Positions 52,401 through 62,278 of a stretch of 64,000 nucleotides of DNA are shown here, one piece after another (position 1 is the first letter of the stretch; each line of letters opens with the position of its first letter). The notes beneath the pieces are model-generated. The model saw nothing but the letters and a program-made list of their open reading frames with translations, was not told the DNA's origin and did not search any database. Origin of the DNA: Magallana gigas (lineage: Eukaryota); contig NC_088856.1 of assembly GCF_963853765.1 (NCBI RefSeq), positions 14,322,001-14,386,000 on the forward strand. The letters run 5' to 3'. Position numbers and translations under genes: made by a program.

Positions 52401-54595
52401 TTCAAGGATGAGGGATACCAACGAATTCCACGAAAATTGAGCCACCACAAAATCTATTGATTTTACAGTATACCTCTGTATTTTTCTATGTAAAATTATA
52501 ACGAATGTACCTACATTTCATTCATCAATGTACTATTTCATCTAGATAGCCTTTACCGTTAAAGTGTTCGTTCTATTTGCCCAGGGTTAATAGTCATCGT
52601 AACTATTTACCAGCAACATTCGATTTCCCTTGCTTTTATGTCGGAACCCCAATCAAGATATCACAGTCGCTACCTCTAAACTCTTACTTGTTCACCATAA
52701 AAAAAACTCAGCATCACCGATAAATAATTTTTTTGTTAAAAACGAATACTTATACATGTATACTTGCATTGAAGACATAAGCCAATAAATTCTCCTGCTC
52801 GATAGCAACTACTTCCCTAGCCTCGGCTTTGCCTTTGGAAACAGCGACAATACATAAATTTTATATGTCAAACAAACATCAATATGAATATAAATATTAG
52901 GTAATAGTTGCTGTTAAGGGGGTAAACTTCCTATTGCTAGTAAATGGGGAGATAATATAAATTTTATCTCTTGCAGACAATGTACATGCGTTGCCTCCGC
53001 AACATATTAGTCAACCTCAAAACGCTGCGGATCAATTACCAATATCTTTAGTTGCAGGTGATTTTTGAACATTTCAATATATGATACATAAATTTAAAGG
53101 GCCCCTCTGAATTAATGGATAAAAGTTTACAAAGCATTTCAGAGAATTTTGCTTTGACTTTGACCTGTAACTTAGAAATTTTTCTAACTGGCATAAAACT
53201 TTAAGTCCAATCTCATTACCCGTTACATTATATAACGCATGTTTTGTTCCTCTGAGCAAGATTAAGCAAATGGGATTGACTTGGTTCAAAGTCACTGCAC
53301 ACACTTTACAGAAAAGCTCTACTTATGTGAAGTATGAGCCAAGTTAGGCTATGTGAAGTATACATAACATATTCAATATCATTGCCTACCCTTTGGCCAA
53401 ATTAAGGCACCCTGTGGTTGAAGTATGAACCAAATTCGACCAAGGAGAAAGAAGATACGCTACGGATAAGGATTTTTCTTACCATTCTGATATGACTTCA
53501 CATTTTACCTTGAAACTTGATTTAAGGTCACTGCACACCCTTTACCCAAAGGCACTCTGTGGGTGAAGTATGCGCCAATATGGGTCAAAGGGAGAGCAGA
53601 TATGCTCCGGACAAGAGATCTCAGTCGGACAGACAGACGGACGGACGGTTGGACGGACCGATAAACATCACTTTAGGTCGCCAGCAGGGTGGGGCTTTAA
53701 TAATTCGACCTAAAAGGACACTAGTATATCAAAATACGCCGGTAAAGTTAGACAGCTGGTCAATGATAAATACCATGAAAAATTTGAAGAGAGAATAATT
53801 CAATGTCGAGATGTTTTGTATATACCATAGTTTTTACATTTTGTTTTAAAATTGCAAAATGTTGACAATGTTTTGTTATTACATTAACATCCGAACAATG
53901 ATTTGTAAAGGATGGGATGTTTGGGTTTTTTTTAGACGAAATGCGTCTTATCCAAGTAGCGAATTTTAAGTTATGCTGAAACAGCGTTGTAAATTAATAT
54001 CAGTAATGCAGTAAAATAACCTCTAATGTTTACATGATTTGGTATTCTTTGTTCGTATACCCAGGTCTGTTTTCAATGACTTGCACTATAAGCGTGCAGA
54101 TACGACTGTGTGACTGTATTAAGAAAAATTAACATCACAAAAAAATGTGTTAAATATGTTTATTTAAGCAGGAGAAAGCCATCCTCTTCAAGAAATGAAT
54201 TCTGAACACATGGAAATATCTACTGTGTCAAACAAAGAAAGAGATGGTAAAAGAGCAGTTTAAATAAGTAGCTATTTTTCAATTTCGTAAATTCCAATGT
54301 TAANNNNNNNNNNNNNNNNNNNNNNNNNNNNNNNNNNNNNNNNNNNNNNNNNNNNNNNNNNNNNNNNNNNNNNNNNNNNNNNNNNNNNNNNNNNNNNNNN
54401 NNNNNNNNNNNNNNNNNNNNNNNNNNNNNNNNNNNTAAGCGCTTTCATTTTCATCTTCAGATGTTTTCAACTAACCTAGTTGTAAAACATCTGAAGATGA
54501 AAATGAAAGCGCTTATGTTTTACTCGGACTTTGTGTTTTTATTCATTTAAGTTTTCTATATTTTATCCGATCACTGTAACTTTTTCCTGGATTTA

Positions 54596-54681
<86 letters not shown>

Positions 54682-55037
54682 TAAGCACAAACATTGCAAT
54701 AACTCTCAAATTGACATATACCTGCCCATAGTGAATGATACTGACATATATATAAAGCACAGGGAAATATATATATATATATTACTGAGTATACCTCTGT
54801 ATTTTTATGTAATATTACGATGAATAAACTTTGCTATTTCATCTAGATAGCCTTCACCGTTAAAAATTGTTCGTTCTATTTGCCCAGGGTTAATAGTCAT
54901 CGTAACTATTTACCAGCAACATTCGATTTACCTTGCTTTTATGTCGGAACTCCTATCAAGATATCAAAGTTGCTACCTCTAAACTGTTACTTGTTTACCA
55001 TTAATAAAAACTCAGCATCGCCGATAAATAAAGGTGT

Positions 55038-55069
<32 letters not shown>

Positions 55070-56413
55070 AAAACAAAATACTTATTTACTTGCATTGAGG
55101 ACATTAGAAAATGTATTGTCCCCCTCGATAGCAACTTTTTCCCTTTGGAAACAGTTGCTGTAGATGGGGTAAACTTTTTATTGCTAGTGAATGGGTGGAT
55201 AATATATATTTTATTTCTTGCAGACATTGTATTGCCTCCGCAGCATATCAGCCAACCTCAAAACTCGCATCAATTACGAACATCTATAGTTACTGGTGAT
55301 TTTCCAACGTTTCAATATTTGATACATAAATTCGATAAGCATTCACTTGAAGAAGTTGATTCCAATGGGTTCAATTGTTTACATTCCGCTGCAAAAGGCG
55401 GTAATTTGAGCATTTTCAAAAGGATATGCAATATGGGAGTTTCCGTTGAGAAAAAAACAAACGATGGATCAAATATCTTGCACATTGCGGCACAACACGG
55501 ATGTTACCCAATTTGTGAATATATTTTAGAAAACTATGCAGCTTTGTTTTCTCTAAAAGACAACCTTGGTATGAATCCTGCACACTATGCAGCAAATGCT
55601 GGTCAATATCATATTCTTGATCTCATGTTGAAACAAGGTTGTGATTTATTTGCCGAAGATGAGAAAAATAACGAAAATATAGTTCATTTGGCGTGTATGG
55701 TAGGAAGCTTGGAAGTGTGCCAATTTGTAAAGGCTAACAAAAATCTGGAGAAACTACTGCATGCTAAAAACGGCGGAGGTTGGAATTCTATTCAGTATGC
55801 GACAAAAAATGGACATCTTGATATAGTGAAATTTCTTCTCGAGAATGGCGTTGATGTTAAAAACAAATCCAAAAAAATCGGCAAAAATTGTCTTCACACA
55901 GCATGTGAGTTTGGCAAACATGAAATATGCGAGTATATCATAAGTAAAGCACCAAACCTTATAACCGATACCGACTCTAGCGGACAACATGCGGGACATT
56001 ACGCAGCAAAGAATGGACATACTGATATACTACAGCTGTTGATAAACGTCGATAAATATGCCATGCAAAGACCATCTCATGACAAAATAAATATCCTCCA
56101 TGTCGCGTGCGAAAATGCACATTATGATATGGTTGTGAAAATTGCCAAGGTTTTTCCGTTTATGGTAAAGGAAATTACAGAGAAAGGTTGGAATGCAGCA
56201 CTTTTCATCACCGATAAAGCTGATGCAGAAGAAGAAAGAATCAAGATATTGAAACATCTCCTTGATCACGGCCTTGATGTATATCGTGTATCAAAGTCAG
56301 GAAAAACTATTCTCGTGAATGCACGCAAAAACAACTTAAAAGATATTGAACAGTACTTGTCACAACAGTTTCCGAACTTAATAGGTTTAAGGAGACAAAT
56401 TTCATTTCAATAA
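46433..56413 (+). CDS. Receptor paralog D, complete: signal peptide - Cys-rich ectodomain - stalk - TM - micro-exon linker - about 10 ankyrin repeats (about 671-698 aa)
   Basis: Exons 46433-46495 (MDCSQYYITICLVILSTLTSS), 47174-47360, 48775-48885, 49145-49214, 49980-50203 (TM AIVMAVIFGIISLILAVLLVVFI), 50383-50403, 52069-52143, optional 52977-53057, 54172-54246 and 55224-56413. All GT-AG with compatible phases; exons 2-4 have the same lengths as in C (187/111/70). Confidence 0.85.
48034..48611. mobile_element. TTAA-type MITE in intron 2 of D
   Basis: Left AAGAACTATATATGATAAGAC..AAAGTTTGCCCC; right GGGGCCATTTTAGGCCCTTATCATATATAGTCCT|ttaa. Confidence 0.65.
50944..51269. mobile_element. TTAA-flanked MITE with internal tRNA-like segment
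   Basis: ttaa|GGTGGTACGGGGCATCTC ... GAGGTGGCCCATACTAAC|ttaa. The core at about 51105-51160 (GAACTCATGACTTACAGATTCGAAGTGAACCCTCTAACCCACTG) resembles a reverse-strand tRNA. Confidence 0.6.
52251..52470. mobile_element. Tc1/mariner-type MITE
   Basis: CTGTGGACTCATTAAAAATCGT...TTTTCATGG ... CCACGAAAATTGAGCC...TTTTACAG|ta. Similar to the 19565 element and absent from the duplicated downstream intron copy. Confidence 0.55.
53095..53705 (+). mobile_element. Helentron/HINE-like element truncating the duplicated ankyrin-exon copy
   Basis: TTTAAGGTCACTGCACACCC...GTGAAGTATGAGCCA repeats, GACA/GACG microsatellite and a terminal GGTCGCC.GCAG.G.GGGGC..TAATAA motif. A related element lies at about 51440-51770. 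Confidence 0.6.
54304..54435. other. Assembly gap (132 N)
   Basis: Run of N. Confidence 1.
54436..54515. repeat. Near-perfect 80-bp palindrome (fold-back element) abutting the gap
   Basis: TAAGCGCTTTCATTTTCATCTTCAGATGTTTT-CAACTA acc TAGTTG-TAAAACATCTGAAGATGAAAATGAAAGCGCTTA. Confidence 0.9.
54598..54677. repeat. (TA)n microsatellite
   Basis: Direct reading. Others: (GA)n about 25531-25564, (TTG)n about 55036-55068, (GA)n about 57751-57796. Confidence 0.95.
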
Positions 56414-57079
56414 AAAGTAGTTTGAATATACATGTATATTTACACACACCCCTTACTATCATACTTATGTCCTTATTTGATCATACTGTTTATTTTTTAT
56501 TAGATTTTGACGTCCCTATTGTCTAAATTTCAATAAATAGATGTCGTAGTTTTAGCCACTTCTTTAGCAAAATGATGTGGTTTGTTTTGTTAAAATATGA
56601 TCAAATAGTCTTTTAAATCTCACAAATTAAGTAAAACTTCTTCTAAAAGAAGTAAAATAATAAGCACTATAAATTATTGCTGTGTTTCAAACTTTTTTAA
56701 AGGAAGGACTTTGGAATAGTTAAAAAATTACTTTGTTGGTTCAAAATTGATAAACCTATCGAATTGTCACTAGATGGAATTTCAAAACTTTTCAAATGAT
56801 GGAGAGATATCGTTATTAAAATTAAGAAGTAGAACTTTTCGGGTCTTGTTAATCAGTGCTGCAAGTGAAATGTTATCTACAATGTAACTGTCATTTCCCG
56901 ATACACATGTTTGTTGCAATATTTTCATCAACGAATTATCATGAAACATTATTTGTTTTTGTTTAATCAGTGGTAGACCCATTGATTTTGATACAATCTA
57001 CTAATGAGAACGTCCTTGTTGATTACATGTAACCAACTGAAATATGCTCATATTATATATCATAATATGATCATTATAA

Positions 57080-57420
57080 ATGTTTACTATTCACAGGTAT
57101 TAATATTTTCACTTTCAACGTTTTGGTAGCATAACTTTTATTCGGTAACAGAACTGCTAAGAGAAACATATTGCTTTGGACTCTGTTGATGGTCTTACAC
57201 AAGGTTTTGTTAGACGACTCCAATATTTCAGTATATATGAAATTTATTAACACCATTGCCAATACTTGAACTAGATTTAGGTTAAGGAAACCTTCATATC
57301 TTGTTGATTTCAAACAAGCATCGGATACAGTGTGGAGACCTGTTCTTGTTCATAAGCTTAAAATAACATCAACGAGGATGCTGTTTTAATTTATAGAATT
57401 ATTACTGAATGGTTCATTGT
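57080..57420 (+). mobile_element. LINE (CR1/L2-like) reverse-transcriptase remnant
   Basis: LVDFKQASDTVWRPVLVHKLK resembles the RT motif FVDFxKAFDxVWRxxLxxKL; heavily decayed. Confidence 0.5.
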
Positions 57421-57747
57421 ACTATTGTATGTGCAATATTTTAAAAAATGTGCTTTTTAAACAAATCTTTATTAAAACGGAGAGAATATGTGTCCGACAT
57501 TTGTTCGCATATCTATTTATGATTTTACAAAATATTGATGTTTCTCAAAACCATGGCCTTATTAACCTGAATAACAATCAGATTTTATTTCAAAGCAAGT
57601 TTTTGAAAATCAGAATATAAGGATGGCCAACAATCATTGGAAACATTGGAGAAGATATATTTTTGTTAATGGAATTTTTACTTAATTTACATGGATCATT
57701 ACAAGAAAGTCTTAGAAATTTTCCTACTTTTACTTAATTTATATGTA

Positions 57748-57797
<50 letters not shown>

Positions 57798-58042
57798 CTT
57801 ATTAGATCAAGTCAAGAAGTGGTGACAAGTACATATCTAAATACTGGTATTAATTATTTTATTAATGTTTGCACAAACAAAAACCATAAAGGTATTTGTG
57901 TAAAGGAATTTACCATAAAATGCATTTGTGTAAAGGGCTGATCATCTTTCTTGGGTTTGAAAAAATGACACTGAATAATGAAGAAATAAAAACACTAATT
58001 ATTATATCATTTTTATTGTTTCTACTGTTACAAAGATCTAAT

Positions 58043-61000
58043 TCAATGGATATTTTCTTTTTGAGAATTTAATATCCTTTCACTGTGTACTGATTCTACA
58101 CTGTCATCACTAACAACATCACTGTCTTCATCACTGTCATCGTCACTCACTTCACTGTCATCATCACTGTCATTGGCAGCTTGATTTATACTGACAGCTT
58201 TCAGTGAATCGACTAATACTTCTTCTGTATCACTATCTCCTTTCTCTGTATCTGCTGGATTTGTCTCTATGGATTCCAGTTCAAATCCCACATCCTCTTT
58301 TGAAATTGTTCTCTGTAAAATTAATGTAAAGATACTTATATTTGGTAAAATATTTACTGATATCCGAGGATTCATTCTACTGAGAATAAATCAAAAATAG
58401 CTCTGGTTGGGTCTTGGGTCCTTCCACTAACTCTTTTGCCATATCAAATTATTTGAAATACCAATGTTGGGAAAATCAAATGCATTTTCATAGGTTAGCT
58501 GTTGGTTTTCTCACATAATAAATATAATGCATCTGCTAACTATATTGCTTCTTGCAAATCATTTGATAGCCTTACACTGACATGATCCTGCCTTAAGGTC
58601 AGACGACACGTTCCTCAATTTTATTTAACATTTTCCAGGAATTTGTTAATGGTTTACTACTACTCTGACAAGCTTACTTACAAAAAATTAGGATACCTTA
58701 CCAGGCATTTTTGCAAAATACTAGAGAATGCAATTTCATATATAATCTTCTTGAAAATACACTTGAATTGCTGATATAAAAATAAATAAATAATACAGCA
58801 CAGCGAAATTAACTGTATTGGGCCGGGCTTTGAACTCACAACCTCTAGAACCTACGCTCATTATTGAATTATACTGTTATTTGACTTTAATGAACTATAC
58901 CTTTTCCAATGCTGATGCCAAAGTCTTGAGTCTTTTATTACTGAAATATTAAATATGAGAATTAAATACCCCCGGTAGTACATAAATGTAGTTATTTATC
59001 TTTCATTGAATTGGTCTTTTCAGTTTTATCTTTACTTTTTTAAGTGACTTCAATGTGTAAAGCCCTAAATAGACAGTTGAGGAAAGAGAGAATGCTTTCC
59101 ATATTACTTTTAATATAACCATAAAGCATATACTTTAAAAGCTAACTGCTTATCAGAATATCTACTTCTATAAAGTGAATACAGTTCTGGGAAATGAAAG
59201 CATGATTATTTCATCAGAATAAGTGCATTGTTTTCAGAATTGAAATGGTGAACACTATCCTGTATCAATTCATAAATAAAAATAAATGCAGTTCGACAAC
59301 CACACAAACGTGGCAATTATCAGTGGTAATAAATCCAATACCACAAGTTAGATTAAATTTAATGGTCTTTGAAGCCAATAGACTTCACACCTATCATGAA
59401 CACAAGTTATTTAAAAGTTAGGAGGAAGATTTAATAAAGTTGTAGAAAAGGAGACTAAATTCCAGACAAACCAAAAACATATTTCCAGCCATCATTAAGC
59501 AGTTCAATCCTAACAAAAGTGATATACATGAATACAAATAATTTGGTATTATAAATGAAGATTAAAAACATTTACTGTACTAACCTTATTGTCTGTACCC
59601 ACACACAGTAGTCTGTGATGTAGAGGTCATTGAGGATGTACCTGGGATAGGAGCTGCCCAGTATACTGTGTAAGTCCAGCAGACATTTCAACACCTGCTG
59701 TTTACCTATTACAAGAAATGTTTGCAGTGAAGAGGTAAGAGCATTGCCCCAAATCCATTGCAATGTATTCTTATCATAGTTTTAGATAAATAGTGTAAAG
59801 CATCATATAATCATATAATCATATAATCAGTCAAAAAAATCAACCTATTACATGTAACTAAGTTGTTGCAGCAACACATTAAAGCTATCCAAACATTGTA
59901 ATGGCCTTACCAGCAGCCAGTATGTTGTGTACATCCTGTAGAACGGTCTGGGAGAGGTCCCAGTGTCTGTACAGGGGATAACAGAGGCTTCTCCTGATAC
60001 AGGACCTCACCACCTCACTCACACTGCTGAACGTCTGTAATATAATAAACATAAATAGTGAGGTTATTATTCTATAGCACCTCTCCCGTACTGCAGAATG
60101 TCTGCAATATAGTTAACAAAAACATTCAATGAGGTTACTATTCTATAGCACCCCCACCTACCCCCACAAACACACATCCCCACACTGCTGAATGTCGGAA
60201 AAACAAACAAGGAGGTTACTTGTTAAAATCTATTCTGTAGCATCACAAAACTTTCTAAACAAATGAATGTCTAAAACAAAAATAATGATTATGCCACTTG
60301 TAGTTATGGTATTCTATAATGCCTTTATGTCTAAAACATAAAATAATGCAAATATCAGAATTACAAGTCTGTTTTCTATAGATCATCCCCCTCCCCCACA
60401 TATACACTGCTTAACATCAGAAACACAAACAAAGATTTTATACTTATTTTTTATTGATGAATTCATGTCGCAGGGTTAACAGGTGTGTCACTCAATGTAT
60501 CAGGTCTTAAAAGTTCAGTCGTTAGAGTACTGGCACTGTAAACCAGAGGTCCTGGGTTTGACTCCCACTTGAGACTTGACTTTTCACCACCTGTTACATA
60601 CAGAAAGTATGGCAATGTCTTACCTCTAACCAGGATAGGGTGGCACTAAGTTTACAGATTGTCCAACCAGACTCCACCTACAGATAGAACAGAGACTAGT
60701 TTACATACATGTATAAATCACAACTGAAATACCCCGTCCAATAATTTTACAAATTTACTGGTACAGTATCAGTACCGTAAATTGTTGAGTACACAAATAT
60801 AATACTTGACATTGTACCAACTTACATATTTAATTCATAATGTAGTATCATTAAGTACCACACTTTGATTTTTAATCAAGTATTATGGGTAAAGTGTAGA
60901 TAGCAACTGTATTTTGACTTTTAAAACAATATAGTAAGAAAAATGCAAACTTTAAATACATGTAGCTAATTAAGGATAGTGCTCACATTTTCATCTCCTT

Positions 61001-62067
61001 CATTTATTCTCACATTGTAGGCGTATCCAAAGAGAATGTCAATCAATCCCAAATACAAAGTTGTTACCATGGCATCATCCAATAAATCTTTTATGGTTAA
61101 GGTGGTACATGTATCATATTAATATAGAACTCAAAAATAATAAAGTCACCACAAAATATGATTACTGAGACATGGATAGCATTTATATTAACATTCAAAA
61201 GATACATTCTTTCTTGGGCAGGTTCTTCATTTTTTGTTTTTCTTCATCTGTAAATTCAACTGCAACAAACATACATTTCATGCAAATAAAATGTTGGTTT
61301 ACAGTAATCCTTCAGACCTTGTAATGAGAGTCCTACCTGTAATTTCCTCGTTCTCTGACATATAACACCAGGTAGGATCAAACTTCATTTTTTGTTGTAA
61401 TAAGAGTCCTACCTGTTATGTCCTTGTTCTCTGACATATAACACCAAGGAGGATCAAACTTCATTTTCTGTTGTATGAGAGTCCTACCTGTTATGTCCTT
61501 GACCTCTGACATATAACATCAGGGAGGATTAAACTTCATTATCTGTTGTATGAGAGTCCTACCTGTTATGTCCTTGTCCTCAGACATATAACACCAAGGA
61601 GAATTATACTTCATTATCTGTTGTATGAGAGTCCCACCTTTTATGTCCTTGTCGTCTGATATATAACATCAGGGAGGATCAAACTTCATTATCTGTTGTA
61701 TGAGAGTCCTACCTGTTATGTCCTTGACCTATGACATATAACACCAAGGAGAATCAAACTTCATTATCTGTTGTATGAGAGTCTTACATGTAATGTCCTT
61801 GTCCTCAGACATATAACACCAAGGAGGATCAAACTTCATTTTCTGTTGTATGAGAATCCTACCTGTTATGTCCTTGACCTCTGACATATAACACCAAGGA
61901 GAATCAAACTTCATTATCTGTTGTATGAGAGTCCTACGCAGGACAGATAAGGCAACACATCGTTTTGATATGCTAATGAAGGGATAATGAGTTATGACGT
62001 CATAATATACGCCCCACCTCTCTTTTACCATATTTAGAAAATATACCGAAAACAGCAGTTTAAGCAT
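58043..62067 (-). CDS. SHQ1: SHQ1 homolog (H/ACA RNP assembly factor), C-terminal SHQ1 domain plus acidic tail; N-terminal CS-domain exons not seen
   Basis: Exons 61933 (or upstream in-frame ATG 62067)-61863, 61259-61206 ([18 protein letters not shown]), 61087-60987 (LLDD...[22 protein letters not shown]), 60677-60624 ([18 protein letters not shown]), 60034-59911 ([12 protein letters not shown]), 59705-59585 (VLKCLLDLH...[16 protein letters not shown]), 58940-58901 and 58312-58043. Motifs match my recollection of human SHQ1 ([40 protein letters not shown]); all phases are compatible. Confidence 0.9.
60477..60596 (+). mobile_element. 120-bp TIR mini-element with a tRNA-derived core (SHQ1 intron)
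   Basis: ta|ACAGGTG ... CACCTGT|ta enclosing AGTTCAGTCGTTAGAGTACTGGCACTGTAAACCAGAGGTCCTGGGTTTGACTCC (A-box, anticodon arm, B-box-like). Confidence 0.65.
61320..61937 (-). repeat. 75-bp minisatellite, 8 full units plus a partial unit, made of an SHQ1 exon segment and its splice donor
   Basis: Period is 75 bp (TCCT at 61407, 61482, 61557, 61632, 61707, 61782, 61857, 61932). The minus-strand unit encodes [23 protein letters not shown], and most units end in ACAG|GTAGG. Confidence 0.95.
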
Positions 62068-62278
62068 AAAATACGACTGATTTAATACTTCCTAAGAAAA
62101 TTATAACTACGAATCACTCATATATGTTTTTATAAGTTTACAACAATCAGAATATACGAAGAATTTCCATAACGCATCTGTCGTATGGGTGTGAATCTGC
62201 GTCCCAAAAGCGCTCGTCAGACGATGTAAACACGTGTAGCTGGTATTCCCGATTATGGCGATCTTTTGATTTTATCAG
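61990..62278 (+). promoter_or_regulatory. Candidate promoter and first exon of a + strand gene, head-to-head with the SHQ1 segment
   Basis: TGACGTCA (about 61995), GC-box-like CGCCCCACC (about 62010), CACGTG (62231) and a locally CpG-richer stretch ending in donor CAG|GTATGT at 62278. A candidate downstream exon lies at 63167-63216 (ttgcag|...|gtaagt). No product can be assigned. Confidence 0.4.

Noticed and set aside
54272-54731. ORFs containing X runs or YIYIYI
   Set aside because: Artefacts of the N gap and the (TA)n tract.
55034-55223. Hydrophobic N-terminus MFVVVVVVVVVVKT... of the 459-aa ORF, resembling a signal or TM segment
   Set aside because: It is a (TTG)n microsatellite plus intron. 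The real exon starts at acceptor 55224, and the same intron sequence is duplicated at about 52750-52976.
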